Positions 49,198 to 59,248 of a stretch of 64,000 bases of DNA are shown here, piece by piece. How positions within the stretch are numbered: position 1 is the stretch's first letter; every line of letters begins with the position of its first letter. The stretch is from Brevinematales bacterium (GTDB lineage Bacteria > Spirochaetota > Brevinematia > Brevinematales > JAOACQ01). The notes beneath the pieces were generated by a model, which was not told the DNA's origin, searched no databases, and saw only the letters and a list, made by a program, of their open reading frames with translations. Location of the stretch: NCBI GenBank assembly GCA_037479045.1, contig JBBFLL010000008.1, forward strand, positions 1,944 through 65,943, read 5' to 3'. A program made the translations under genes and the position numbers.

Positions 49198-50119
49198 TAT
49201 TATTTTTTAAAAGAATGTGTATAAAAAATGGAGCACCAATAAGGGAACTTATCACTCCAATTGGTATAATTGTTCCAGCTGAGATATTTCTTGAGAAAAA
49301 TAAAGCCATTAAAATAATGATATTTCCGACCAGCAAAACTGATGGTATAGAATTTTCTTTATAATCTTTAAAAATCATTCTTGATATATGAGGAACAACA
49401 AGGCCTACAAAGCCTATCATACCTGTTATACTTACACTTATACCTGTAGAATAAGCAACACAGAGGAAACCTATTATTTTAAGTTTGTTTGTATCAATTC
49501 CAACCGAGAGAGACATTTCTTCTCCTGTTTGATAAATGAAAAGTTCCTTCTTAAAAATTATTGTATAAGAAAGTATAACAAAAAAACCACTAAGTAAGAT
49601 AATCATTTCACCAGTAGTAAGATAATCAAAATTTCCCATAAGCCATCTTATGGATGCATAAAAATCGTTCGGTAGTAGAAAACTCTGGAGCAAGATTATT
49701 AAAGAAGAGAAAAGTGCATTGAAAGAAACTCCGAGCAGAATTGCTTTAGTGATGGAGAAGGAACTTTTTCTATTACTCCATAAGAATATTATTATAATGA
49801 TAGCAAGACTTCCAGCAACAGAAAAAATGGTTCTGTATACAAAAATTGGTTTTAAAGACAAAAAAACAGTAATTACAGAGCCAAAACTTGCCGCCCCACT
49901 TACTCCAATTAAATAAGGCTCTGCAAGTGGATTTGATAGCAGAATTTGAAGTACCATTCCACTTAATGAGAGAATGGACGATACCATAATTGCCTGAAGG
50001 AGTATATTTAATCTTATAAATAAAATTTTTTCAGGTATATTAAAGAAGTAGCCATAAAAAACTACAAAGGTAGAACAAATAATCATTAAAAATATAAAAA
50101 AAATGAGTCTAACTTTCAT
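49187..50119 (-). CDS. FecCD/BtuC-family ABC permease
   Basis: 310 aa, about 9 TM helices, typical FecCD C-terminal IIPIGVISSLIGAPFF motif. No ATPase or binding-protein gene is adjacent. Confidence 0.8.
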   Translation of the reverse strand: MKVRLIFFIFLMIICSTFVVFYGYFFNIPEKILFIRLNILLQAIMVSSILSLSGMVLQILLSNPLAEPYLIGVSGAASFGSVITVFLSLKPIFVYRTIFSVAGSLAIIIIIFLWSNRKSSFSITKAILLGVSFNALFSSLIILLQSFLLPNDFYASIRWLMGNFDYLTTGEMIILLSGFFVILSYTIIFKKELFIYQTGEEMSLSVGIDTNKLKIIGFLCVAYSTGISVSITGMIGFVGLVVPHISRMIFKDYKENSIPSVLLVGNIIILMALFFSRNISAGTIIPIGVISSLIGAPFFIHILLKNNIKT

Positions 50120-50195
50120 TTAATCTATTAAATATATTGACATTTTAAAATTTCGTTTTATATTATAATATCTAATTATTTAAAATGGAAGAAAA

Positions 50196-50768
50196 ATGAG
50201 CAACTTTTTTTCAAATAAGAGATTCTTTATTATCTGTCTTGCCGGGGGTTTTCTTATTTCTTTTGTTTTAGGGCTTATCTCAAGAAGTGGTTTTTTGAAT
50301 ATTATTATTAAATCTATAGTTTCAGCTCTCGTTATTGGAGCTTTTGGATTTGGTTTTGATATGTTTTTGATTTCAACTCTTGGAGAAGAAGAGTACGGAA
50401 AACTTTTTAATAATATTAATACAACTGCTTCAGAAGAAAAAATTGAGAAAAAAATTGATATAAAAGAAGAAATTGAAGATGATGAGAAACTTGATTATTC
50501 AGATATTTTGAAACAACCGACAGTGGAAAATTATGTAGAAAAAGAGGGGCAGCCTGTAGAGGATAAAAAATACGACTTTTCATCTTTCATTGAAAAAGAA
50601 AAATCAGAACCAGTTGTAGAAGAGCCAAAAGAGGAACCAAAAACAAAATCTTCTTCATACAGCTATGATGGCGAAGTAAGTTTTCAGGTGAAAAATAAAA
50701 AAATAAATACTACTCCAGAAGTTGTTGCTAAGGCTATAAAAACAATACTGCAAAGAGATGGAGATTAA
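50196..50768 (+). CDS. hypothetical membrane protein with acidic tail
   Basis: Two N-terminal TM helices followed by a Glu/Lys-rich region. No family recognised. Confidence 0.4.
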   Translation: MSNFFSNKRFFIICLAGGFLISFVLGLISRSGFLNIIIKSIVSALVIGAFGFGFDMFLISTLGEEEYGKLFNNINTTASEEKIEKKIDIKEEIEDDEKLDYSDILKQPTVENYVEKEGQPVEDKKYDFSSFIEKEKSEPVVEEPKEEPKTKSSSYSYDGEVSFQVKNKKINTTPEVVAKAIKTILQRDGD

Positions 50769-50771
50769 TCT

Positions 50772-51878
50772 ATGGCTCTCGAAGCAGAGTTATTGGCAAA
50801 TAACTATCAGATACCGCAAGATTTTGCACAAAAACTTTTGAATTTTACGAAAAACAATATTGATGCTGCTATAAAAATACTTGAATCATCTGAAAAAAGT
50901 ATAGCTATAATAAAAGGTAAATTTATAACAAACAAAAAGGTTTTCAATGGAGCTTTTATTTTAGCATATAATTTTGAGCTTAGAGATGTGATATACATTT
51001 TTTTTGTAGTTTCAAACGATGCATCAATTTCAAGACTTTCAGTTGAAATAAGCTGGAAAGATTTTTATAGTGAATTACAAAATTATGCTAATGCTAATTC
51101 TGCAAATATGGAAATATCTCATGAGATAGAAAGAATTTTAACCACCCCTGAAAACAAAAAATATATTCACAATTTTTTTATAGACTATAACAACATAGAT
51201 GAAGTAAATATGAAAAGATTTATTACCAGTGAATTATCCAAATTGCTTATGGATACGGGAGTAGCAGTCAAAACACATATAGAACTTATAGATACTTTCA
51301 GATTTGAAAAATTTCTTTCCCTTAATCCACTTGGACAAAAACCGGCAAAAAAGGCATCGAAAGACATTTTTATTATCTTAAATCTCAAGGTTGAACCTGT
51401 GCTTGCTCCTATTGGTGGACTTGAAATTGGTAGTCTTGAGTTTGGTGATGAACTTCTTTTAAGAATTAAAGATGATAGAGAGATTGTGCAGTTTATCTTT
51501 TCGTTCATAGATCCAGCTTCTTTTCAAAGTGGGGCTGTATATGCTACAATAGTTTCAAAGGAGATGGATGAGACCACAGGGAATTTTGCTGTGCGTGTAG
51601 AGTTTGGACCTGGTATTTTTGGTAGTTTTGTTCTTGGGAATAAAGTAAGAGTGCAGGCGAAGAAAAAAGCGATTTCTCCTCCACCTAAACCAGAAAAACA
51701 ACCTCAAAAAGAAACAAAGAAGAATACGAAAAAGTATGAAGAAATAGATTATTCAAAATATTATCCTATAAATGATTATGACAAAGACGAGTTTTTTGAA
51801 AAAGGACCATTTCAGACATTTGTTGCTGTAACGTTTGTTTTACTTATTCTATTGATAATAGTTTTATTGTTTATTTAG
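50772..51878 (+). CDS. hypothetical protein with C-terminal membrane anchor
   Basis: 3-nt gap from the previous gene. Pro/Lys-rich linker and a single C-terminal TM helix. No family recognised. Confidence 0.4.
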   Translation: MALEAELLANNYQIPQDFAQKLLNFTKNNIDAAIKILESSEKSIAIIKGKFITNKKVFNGAFILAYNFELRDVIYIFFVVSNDASISRLSVEISWKDFYSELQNYANANSANMEISHEIERILTTPENKKYIHNFFIDYNNIDEVNMKRFITSELSKLLMDTGVAVKTHIELIDTFRFEKFLSLNPLGQKPAKKASKDIFIILNLKVEPVLAPIGGLEIGSLEFGDELLLRIKDDREIVQFIFSFIDPASFQSGAVYATIVSKEMDETTGNFAVRVEFGPGIFGSFVLGNKVRVQAKKKAISPPPKPEKQPQKETKKNTKKYEEIDYSKYYPINDYDKDEFFEKGPFQTFVAVTFVLLILLIIVLLFI

Positions 51879-52305
51879 GGCTTTCCTGAACAATAAATTT
51901 TTTTATAGTATCCATTATCTTGTCTCTTATAGCCCTTGTTTTTTCAAGTTTTTCTTCATCTGTTCCAGTAAAGCGGGAAGGATCTTCAAAGAACCAATGA
52001 AGTCTTGTGACTTTTCCGGGGAAAATAGGGCATCTTTCACCGGCTTCAGGATCACAAACGGTAATTACATAATCATAAGTTTTTCCTTGTTTAAAAAGTT
52101 CAAAGACACTTTTTGTTACGTTACCTGAAATATTATAACCTAATTCTTGCATTGCTTTTACAACGATTGGGTTTAAGTTTCCCGGCTCAAGTCCCGCACT
52201 TTCAGCCTGAAAATATTCTCCCCCAAGTTTATTTAAAAAGGCTTCAGCCATCTGGCTTCTTGCTGAATTGTGAACACAGACAAACAAAACTTTCTTTTTT
52301 TCCAT
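51871..52305 (-). CDS. arsC: arsenate reductase / low-molecular-weight phosphotyrosine phosphatase family
   Basis: CX5R P-loop [12 protein letters not shown] plus the downstream Cys pair in [11 protein letters not shown], typical of thioredoxin-coupled ArsC. Confidence 0.8.
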   Translation of the reverse strand: MEKKKVLFVCVHNSARSQMAEAFLNKLGGEYFQAESAGLEPGNLNPIVVKAMQELGYNISGNVTKSVFELFKQGKTYDYVITVCDPEAGERCPIFPGKVTRLHWFFEDPSRFTGTDEEKLEKTRAIRDKIMDTIKKFIVQESPK

Positions 52306-52352
52306 AAATAACTCCTTGAGTTTTAGTTTAAGAAATAATTGTTAAAATTGTG

Positions 52353-53111
52353 TTAAGATGAAATAAAAATTTTTTCAAAATTTTTATTTATATTCTTTTC
52401 AAACTCACTTTCTTCAATTTCGAGAAAATTTGAGACAAATTCATAAGTAAATTTTATGTTGAAAGGGTTATTTTTTTCTCCTCTTACTTTTTGAGGGGAT
52501 AGATATGGAGCATCTGTTTCAAGTAAAAGCCTACCTAAGGGAATTATCTTTAAAACTTGTCTTAAATCTTCTGCCTTGGGATATGTAATATTTCCTGCAA
52601 AAGAAAATATTGAATTAAGCTCAAGGAACTTTTCTGCCTCATTTAATCCGTAGCCAAAACAGTGAAGAATAAAAGGTTTATTGAATTTATATTCTTTTAA
52701 AATCCTGAAAGTATCTTCAAATGCTTTTCTCGAATGTATTAAAAGTGGCAAATTTTTTTCAATTGATAACTCTATTTGAAATCTGAACAATTTTTCCTGA
52801 ATTTTTATGTCTCCATAATCCCAGTGGAAATCAATCCCTGTTTCTCCAATTGCATATACATTAAGTTTGCCAAAATAGCTTAAAAATTTTTTTGCCTTTT
52901 TCTCATCAAAATTTTTTGCTTCTTCGGGATATAGACCAATAGCATTTTTTATAACATTTGATTTTATTGGATTATCTATTAATCTTTCAATTTCTTTTTC
53001 ATTAATAGCAATATTTATTAAATGACTGAAGTTATTTTCTATTTTGCTGATTATAGTTTCATCTATTTTTTGATAACAATGAAATAGATGACAGTGAGAA
53101 TCAACTAACAT
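52353..53111 (-). CDS. tatD: TatD family metal-dependent hydrolase
   Basis: LVDSHCHL N-terminus, IGETGIDFHW, LETDAPYL motifs. Confidence 0.85.
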   Translation of the reverse strand: MLVDSHCHLFHCYQKIDETIISKIENNFSHLINIAINEKEIERLIDNPIKSNVIKNAIGLYPEEAKNFDEKKAKKFLSYFGKLNVYAIGETGIDFHWDYGDIKIQEKLFRFQIELSIEKNLPLLIHSRKAFEDTFRILKEYKFNKPFILHCFGYGLNEAEKFLELNSIFSFAGNITYPKAEDLRQVLKIIPLGRLLLETDAPYLSPQKVRGEKNNPFNIKFTYEFVSNFLEIEESEFEKNINKNFEKIFISS

Positions 53112-54297
53112 AGACTTTTTCTTCCTTTTTTTCTGGCATCAAAAATATAGTTAATAATAAAACAAAAGCTATAATAGCTATCGGGAAAATCCAGAGAATG
53201 TTGTAATTTACTATATTATTTACAGAAGAAAAATCAATAACTTTCCCTGCAAATGTATTACCGATAAAACCTCCTACGCCGAAAATAAGCATAAAGAATA
53301 ACTGATGAAGAGCTGTCCTTGTTTTTGTTGTAGAATTTTCATCAAGATAGATAGAGATTGTAACGTATATAAAAGCATAAGTAAAGCCATGAATTACGAC
53401 TCCAAATATTGCAAGAGGATGAAAAGAACCAGCAAGATATCCACCAAATCTTAAAATTTCTGCAAATAGTCCAAGAATTAGCAATTTTTTATATCCAATT
53501 TTTGGCAAAAGTAAACCAAGTAGCATCATTGCAAAAATTTCAGTAAATTGTCCAAGACTCATTATAGGCATTATAATTTTCTCTGCTATACCTATAGACG
53601 ACAAAAATGGAGCTGTTGATAGAAAATAAAATCTATCAGCAATAAAAACAAGATATTGTATTATCAAAATAAGTAAAATTTCCTTTCTAAAAAGGATTTT
53701 TATTGCATCGATAGGGAAAACCTCTTTTATAGAAGCTGGTTTTTCCATTTTATAGTTTGGTAAGGTAAGAGCAAAAATAGATAAAATTATTGCACAAATT
53801 CCAGCAGCTATAAGAGAATCTCCTATTTTACCCTCATTTCCCGGAATAGAAAGGTAAACAAGACTGAAGAATGCCCCGATAAACATATAACCGGCTGTTC
53901 CCCATACCCTTATGTTTCCAAACTTATCTCGTTTGTCTGAAAGAGTATGAAATGCAATCGCATTTGTAAGCCCTATTACAGGTCCATTAAGAATTGCATA
54001 TAGTAGATAAAAGAACAGAATATTTGGGAAAGAAGTCTGAAATCTTAAAAATATGAGAATTATTCCCATAAAAAAGTTTGAGAAAGCGAGAATATATTTT
54101 GATCTGATATACTTATCTGCAATAAAACTTGAAATCAATGGTGAAATTAAAGAAGATACCGAAGCAACTGAAAAAATAAAACCTATTTCACTTCCTGTGA
54201 GATGTAAATGATCTTTCCAGAAAAGTGAAAAAATAGGAAGTGTAGCTCCAAAAACACAAAATTGTAAAAACATCATAATAGAGAGTCTTAATACCAT
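53101..54297 (-). CDS. MFS transporter
   Basis: 12 predicted TM helices, 398 aa. Substrate unknown. Confidence 0.75.
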   Translation of the reverse strand: MVLRLSIMMFLQFCVFGATLPIFSLFWKDHLHLTGSEIGFIFSVASVSSLISPLISSFIADKYIRSKYILAFSNFFMGIILIFLRFQTSFPNILFFYLLYAILNGPVIGLTNAIAFHTLSDKRDKFGNIRVWGTAGYMFIGAFFSLVYLSIPGNEGKIGDSLIAAGICAIILSIFALTLPNYKMEKPASIKEVFPIDAIKILFRKEILLILIIQYLVFIADRFYFLSTAPFLSSIGIAEKIIMPIMSLGQFTEIFAMMLLGLLLPKIGYKKLLILGLFAEILRFGGYLAGSFHPLAIFGVVIHGFTYAFIYVTISIYLDENSTTKTRTALHQLFFMLIFGVGGFIGNTFAGKVIDFSSVNNIVNYNILWIFPIAIIAFVLLLTIFLMPEKKEEKVYVS

Positions 54298-54324
54298 TAA
54301 AATCTCCTTTAAAAAATAAAAAAA

Positions 54325-55419
54325 TCAATCAACTTTTATGAGTTCATACTTTTGACTACCGAGGCCAATCTTTTCTGCATAGTCAAGTCCAATTTTCCAG
54401 TCTGTGTGAGGTTGAGCGAGTTTAAACTTGTCCTTTGAAGGTTCAAATTCTTTTCCTATACAGCTATGCATTATAGGAGGGGCATTGTTTACGAGATCAA
54501 CACAGGCTCTATCTAAAGCTACTGGATCAAAAGAAGCAAGTATTCCAATGTCTGGCACTATAGCAGTGTCATTATGACTCCAGCAATCACAATTTGGAGA
54601 AACATTCATTACGAAGTTAATGTGAAAAGATGGTTTTCCTTTTAATACGGCAAGGGCATACTCTGCAATTTTTTCTTGTGCTCCTTTTGAATCCCATTTG
54701 GGCTGTGCTGCATCATACATACATACAGCAACACATTGCCCACATCCAACACAAATATTATAATCTATAATAGCTTTTTTATCAATAACCTTTATAGCAT
54801 TGTGAGCACAATTAAGTTCACAGATTTTACATCCAACACAATTCTTAGTTACAATGTGGGGTTGGCTGTTTGAATGCATTTCAAGTTTTCCTCCAATAGA
54901 GCCAGACCCCATACCAATGTTTTTTATAGCACCTCCGAAGCCAGTAAGCTCATGCCCCTTAAAATGATTCATTGAAATTATAATATCTGCATCTGCAATT
55001 GCTGAGCCAATTTTTGCAGTTTTACAGTTTTTCTGGTTTATTTCAATTTCTCTATACTCAGTTCCTTTTAAACCATCGGCTATAATAACTGGGCAACCAA
55101 CAGTAAAAGGATTAAACCCATTTTCAAATGCACTTTCAATATGGTCTACGGCATTTGATCTTCTACCTTTATAAAGAGTGTTCGCATCAGTTAAAAAGAC
55201 TATAGCTCCAGCTTCTTTCAAGATTTTTACAATCCTTCCAGCATAATTAGGTCTTATATATGCAAGGTTTCCCGGTTCGCCGAAATGAATTTTTATAGCA
55301 GTATATTTTTTCTTAAAATCTATGGATAAAATACCTGCTTTTTTAACAAGGTTTTCAAGTTTGTCAAGTAAGTTTTTACCCGGCTTTGTTGATAAATCAG
55401 TGAAGAAAACCTTTGACAT
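54325..55419 (-). CDS. DUF362-type protein with a 2x[4Fe-4S] ferredoxin insert
   Basis: CVGCKICELNC and CVGCGQCVAVC cysteine clusters embedded in a DUF362-like scaffold. Confidence 0.7.
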   Translation of the reverse strand: MSKVFFTDLSTKPGKNLLDKLENLVKKAGILSIDFKKKYTAIKIHFGEPGNLAYIRPNYAGRIVKILKEAGAIVFLTDANTLYKGRRSNAVDHIESAFENGFNPFTVGCPVIIADGLKGTEYREIEINQKNCKTAKIGSAIADADIIISMNHFKGHELTGFGGAIKNIGMGSGSIGGKLEMHSNSQPHIVTKNCVGCKICELNCAHNAIKVIDKKAIIDYNICVGCGQCVAVCMYDAAQPKWDSKGAQEKIAEYALAVLKGKPSFHINFVMNVSPNCDCWSHNDTAIVPDIGILASFDPVALDRACVDLVNNAPPIMHSCIGKEFEPSKDKFKLAQPHTDWKIGLDYAEKIGLGSQKYELIKVD

Positions 55420-55428
55420 ATATACCTC

Positions 55429-56775
55429 CTATAAGACCTCTCTTTTCTTTATAACATCTCTATAGAATTCGCCAGAGAGTTTTATTGTTCTTTTCATATT
55501 GGAATAGTTAACTCTTACAATGCCGAACCTTTTGTCATAACCATGACTCCACTCAAAATTATCAAGTAAACTCCAGACAAAATAGCCTTTTAAGTTCACA
55601 CCATCACTTATAGCTCTTGAAGCCATTTCAAGATGTTGCCTTAAAAATTCCACTCTCTCTATATCAAGAATTTCACCATCTTTTGTTTCAATATCCTTTG
55701 CTGCCATTCCATTTTCAGTTATATAAACTGGAATATTGCCAAAATACTCTTTGAAAAATTTTAAACTGGCATAAAAAGCCTTAGGTGTAATAGGCCAGTC
55801 CATATAGGTTTTCGGATAGCCATCAGAATATTTAAGTTCTTCAAAACCATCTTCATTATCAGCTTTTCTTATAAGATGTCCAGAGTATATGTTTAATCCC
55901 ACATAATCAAGTGGACTTCCAATAATCTTCATTTCCTCTTCTGTATAATCTGGAGCATTTTCACCTACATATTTTAACCAATTTTCTGAATATTTTCCAG
56001 TCATAATAGGAAATAAAATTTGTTGATTGTATTTATAAAAGGCTTTTTTAGCTGCCTCAATATGTTCTTTTTCTTCATAAACAGGCCAAACCACATGAGG
56101 ATTATCAACTATACCAGCCTTAGCCTTAGTTCCACCGTTTTCTCTTATTGCTTTCACTCCATAACCGTGTCCGAGTAAAGCATTGTGAACAGTTTGATTT
56201 GTTGTTTTTTCATTTTCTATTTTACCGGGGGCATGTTTATCAAATTTATGGGCAAGTATAGTGAAGCAGACAATTTCATTCATAGTAGCCCAGTATTCTA
56301 CTTTATCCTTGAGATTACTTACAACATAAGCAACATAGTCAGAAAAAATTTTTGGAAGCTCTTTACTTCTCCAGCCTCCATATTTATCTTCAAGAGCCTG
56401 TGGTAAATCCCAGTGAAAAAGTGTAACGAAAGGTTTTATGTCGTATTTTAACAATTCATCTATAAGTCTATTGTAATAATCAAGTCCTTTGGGATTTGGT
56501 TTGCCTTCACCGAGAGGGAAAACTCTTGGCCACGCTATAGAGAATCGATAAGCATCCAACCCGAGCTCCTTCATTAATTTAACATCTTCCTTGTATAGAT
56601 GATATTGGTCGCAAGCCACATCACCATTATCATTATTCCAGACTCTTCCGGGAAGCCTGCTGAAAGTATCCCAAACAGAAAGACCTCTGCCGTCCTCATT
56701 TACAGCTCCTTCTACCTGATAAGAAGCTGTGGCAGCACCAAAAATAAAATCCTTAGGGAAAGTAAATTTTATCAT
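55429..56775 (-). CDS. bglA: GH1 beta-glucosidase
   Basis: FIFGAATASYQVEGA N-terminus, acid/base TMNEI, nucleophile YITENG, WSLLDNFEW. Start set to MIKFTF (ATG 56775 after GGAGGA). Confidence 0.92.
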   Translation of the reverse strand: MIKFTFPKDFIFGAATASYQVEGAVNEDGRGLSVWDTFSRLPGRVWNNDNGDVACDQYHLYKEDVKLMKELGLDAYRFSIAWPRVFPLGEGKPNPKGLDYYNRLIDELLKYDIKPFVTLFHWDLPQALEDKYGGWRSKELPKIFSDYVAYVVSNLKDKVEYWATMNEIVCFTILAHKFDKHAPGKIENEKTTNQTVHNALLGHGYGVKAIRENGGTKAKAGIVDNPHVVWPVYEEKEHIEAAKKAFYKYNQQILFPIMTGKYSENWLKYVGENAPDYTEEEMKIIGSPLDYVGLNIYSGHLIRKADNEDGFEELKYSDGYPKTYMDWPITPKAFYASLKFFKEYFGNIPVYITENGMAAKDIETKDGEILDIERVEFLRQHLEMASRAISDGVNLKGYFVWSLLDNFEWSHGYDKRFGIVRVNYSNMKRTIKLSGEFYRDVIKKREVL

Positions 56776-56786
56776 TAATTCCTCCA

Positions 56787-56806
56787 TTACGCACTATAGT
56801 GCGTAA
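56787..56806. promoter_or_regulatory. 20-nt perfect palindrome, candidate operator of the bglA operon
   Basis: TTACGCACTA|TAGTGCGTAA lies between the -10 box and the RBS of bglA. Confidence 0.5.
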
Positions 56807-56808
56807 AT

Positions 56809-56837
56809 ATTATAAAGAAAATTTTACTTTATGTCAA
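56809..56837 (-). promoter_or_regulatory. sigma70-type promoter for bglA
   Basis: The minus strand reads TTGACA, 17 nt, TATAAT (full consensus). Confidence 0.55.
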
Positions 56838-56898
56838 CAAAAAATTTTTTAAAGATTTCTCCTTTGGCTTTTTAAGTTAACAGCAAATGAATATTTGG

Positions 56899-56926
56899 TT
56901 GACAATATTATAAAAATCTTTAAAAT
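56899..56926 (+). promoter_or_regulatory. sigma70-type promoter for the GH5 gene
   Basis: TTGACA, 16 nt, TAAAAT. RBS AGAGG and the ATG at 56944 follow. Confidence 0.45.
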
Positions 56927-56943
56927 TATTCATAGAGGTTAAA

Positions 56944-58293
56944 ATGATTGATAAATGGGTTAAAATTGAAGGAACAAATTTTATATGTGAGAATAAGCCT
57001 TTTGTTATTAAAGGTTTTGGGATAGGAACTTTTTTGAATATTGAACATTTTATGTTAAAGATTCCGGGTATAGAACAAAATATAAGAAAATCCTTTGAAG
57101 AAGTTTTTGGAAAAGAAGTGGCAAAAGATTTCTGGAGAAATTTTGAAATATCCTTTTTTGATGAAAGTGATGCGAATTTTATGAGGCAAATTGGAGTTAA
57201 CACAATAAGATTACCCTTTAATTATCATCATTTGTATGATGATAGCGAGGATATTTTTATAGAAAGTGGGTTTAATTCAATAGACAGAGTTGTAGAAATA
57301 TGTGAAAGAAATGATATTTATGTCATTCTTGATTTGCATGCTGCTCCCGGTGGTCAGAATCCCGACTGGCATAGCGATAATCCAACAGGAGAAAGTTTAT
57401 TCTGGCATTATGGTATTTTTCAAAAGAAGATTATTGAATTATGGGAGTTAATTGCTAAAAGATATAGTGATAGGAAAGCTATTTTAGGCTATGACATACT
57501 GAACGAACCTGTTATAGAAGATAGAAATATCTCAGGCAATATTGTAAATAGCTTTTACAATAAGGTTATATCTGCAATAAGAAAATATGACAAAAATCAC
57601 ATCATTTTTCTTGAAGGGGATTTTTATGCAAGTGATACTTCAAAGTTTGAAGTTTTAGAAGATTCAAATGTTGCTTATTCTATACACTTTTATCCATTCT
57701 TTTATGTTGAGAAAAATCTTAAAAAATACAAAAAATTTTCAAAGTCTGAAAGAATTAATTTTTTAAGAGAATCTCTTAAAGGTAGGCTTGAAGATATAAA
57801 AAACAGGCTCGGTAGACCTGTTTGGTGTGGAGAAACTGGGGTGCCTTATAGAATCAAATACCTTGATTTACTTGAAAATTTGCTTGATGAGACATTGGAA
57901 GTCTTTAATATAGAAAATGTTTCATGGTCTATCTGGACATACAAAGATGCCAATTCAATGGGAATAATTTATCCAAAAAAAGATTCTATGTGGGTAAATT
58001 TGACGACAAAATTAACAAAAAACTGGAATTTTCTCAGTGAATTTGCTCATTCAGATGAAAATGCTTTAAATTATATAAAAAGATTATCACCTGAAATTAC
58101 ACCTAACGTAGAACTTATAAGAAAAGTGAAGTTCAGATTACTTTCTATGAGAGATTTGATCCTTATTGAAAAATTAAAAAAAGAATTGAAACAAATTCCC
58201 ACCGATAAAATAACTCAATTGCCCCTTTCTTTTAAAATTGAGAATTGTGAAGTATGGTATAATCTTCTTAAAATCATAAAGAAATGGCTATAA
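56944..58293 (+). CDS. GH5 family glycoside hydrolase (cellulase/beta-glycanase-like)
   Basis: RLPFNYHH, acid/base ILNEP, nucleophile region WCGETG. 449 aa, no signal peptide. Confidence 0.8.
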   Translation: MIDKWVKIEGTNFICENKPFVIKGFGIGTFLNIEHFMLKIPGIEQNIRKSFEEVFGKEVAKDFWRNFEISFFDESDANFMRQIGVNTIRLPFNYHHLYDDSEDIFIESGFNSIDRVVEICERNDIYVILDLHAAPGGQNPDWHSDNPTGESLFWHYGIFQKKIIELWELIAKRYSDRKAILGYDILNEPVIEDRNISGNIVNSFYNKVISAIRKYDKNHIIFLEGDFYASDTSKFEVLEDSNVAYSIHFYPFFYVEKNLKKYKKFSKSERINFLRESLKGRLEDIKNRLGRPVWCGETGVPYRIKYLDLLENLLDETLEVFNIENVSWSIWTYKDANSMGIIYPKKDSMWVNLTTKLTKNWNFLSEFAHSDENALNYIKRLSPEITPNVELIRKVKFRLLSMRDLILIEKLKKELKQIPTDKITQLPLSFKIENCEVWYNLLKIIKKWL

Positions 58294-58301
58294 AAATAAA
58301 A

Positions 58302-58327
58302 GGCAGAACTTTCGTTCTGCCTTTTTT
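58302..58327. terminator. bidirectional rho-independent terminator
   Basis: GGCAGAAC-TTTC-GTTCTGCC with T-runs on both strands, between the convergent GH5 and permease genes. Confidence 0.65.
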
Positions 58328-58333
58328 GTATAT

Positions 58334-59236
58334 TTAACCTTTCAAGGCTCCTTCTGTAACCTTATCAATAATCATCTTTGAGAAGAAAATAAACACTATA
58401 AGAAGCGGAAATACGGAAATAACATTACCCACCATTATAGCTCCGTAGTCAACAGACTGAAGTCCCTTAAGAGCTCCTAATGCCACTGGAATAGTGTAGC
58501 TTTCCATATCTCTTAATACAACAAGTGGTCCCATATAGCTATTCCAGCTACCGAGGAAGGTAATGATGGCGTAAGAACCAAGAATAGGTGAGATAAGTGG
58601 TAAAACTATTCTCCAGTATATTCCAAACTCACTTGCACCATCTACTCGAGCAGCATCAACAAGATCAAGAGGTACTGCTGAATTAATATACTGTCTCATT
58701 AAGAATATACCGAAAGCATTTGCCATACCTGGTATATAGAGAGCTCTTGCTTTGTTGATCCAGCCAAACCAGTTCATCATTACAAAATAAGGCACAATAC
58801 TTACGATACCAGGTATCATCATTGTAAATAACATGAAGTTGAACATAAACCTCTTTCCCTTGAACTCATAAATAGCAAATCCATAACCACCTAAAGAACA
58901 GAAGAACATAGATGTAAGGGTGGACATAAAGGCAATATATATACTATTCCAGACGTTTTTCCAGAAGGGAAGCTGAGCAAGCAAATTGTTATAGTTTTCA
59001 AGGAATCCCTGAATAAAATTAGGGCTTAACGTCATAGGAGGTGGATAGTTGAAAATCTCTGCTTTACCTTTTGTGGATAGAACAAGCATATACCAGAAAG
59101 GGAAAATAACAAGTATAGTCCATATAACAAGAGGTAAATATAAAAGAACCTTTTTTATAAAAACCTTCACAGGGCTATCACTTCTCTTTAATCTCTCTTC
59201 ACTAACTCTATCTTTAGCCATTGCTTTTACTGACAT
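58334..59236 (-). CDS. carbohydrate ABC transporter permease (CUT1, MalG-like)
   Basis: 6 TM helices, EAA loop DAARVDGASEFGIYWRIVLPL. Confidence 0.9.
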   Translation of the reverse strand: MSVKAMAKDRVSEERLKRSDSPVKVFIKKVLLYLPLVIWTILVIFPFWYMLVLSTKGKAEIFNYPPPMTLSPNFIQGFLENYNNLLAQLPFWKNVWNSIYIAFMSTLTSMFFCSLGGYGFAIYEFKGKRFMFNFMLFTMMIPGIVSIVPYFVMMNWFGWINKARALYIPGMANAFGIFLMRQYINSAVPLDLVDAARVDGASEFGIYWRIVLPLISPILGSYAIITFLGSWNSYMGPLVVLRDMESYTIPVALGALKGLQSVDYGAIMVGNVISVFPLLIVFIFFSKMIIDKVTEGALKG

Positions 59237-59248
59237 TTTAACCTCCTA

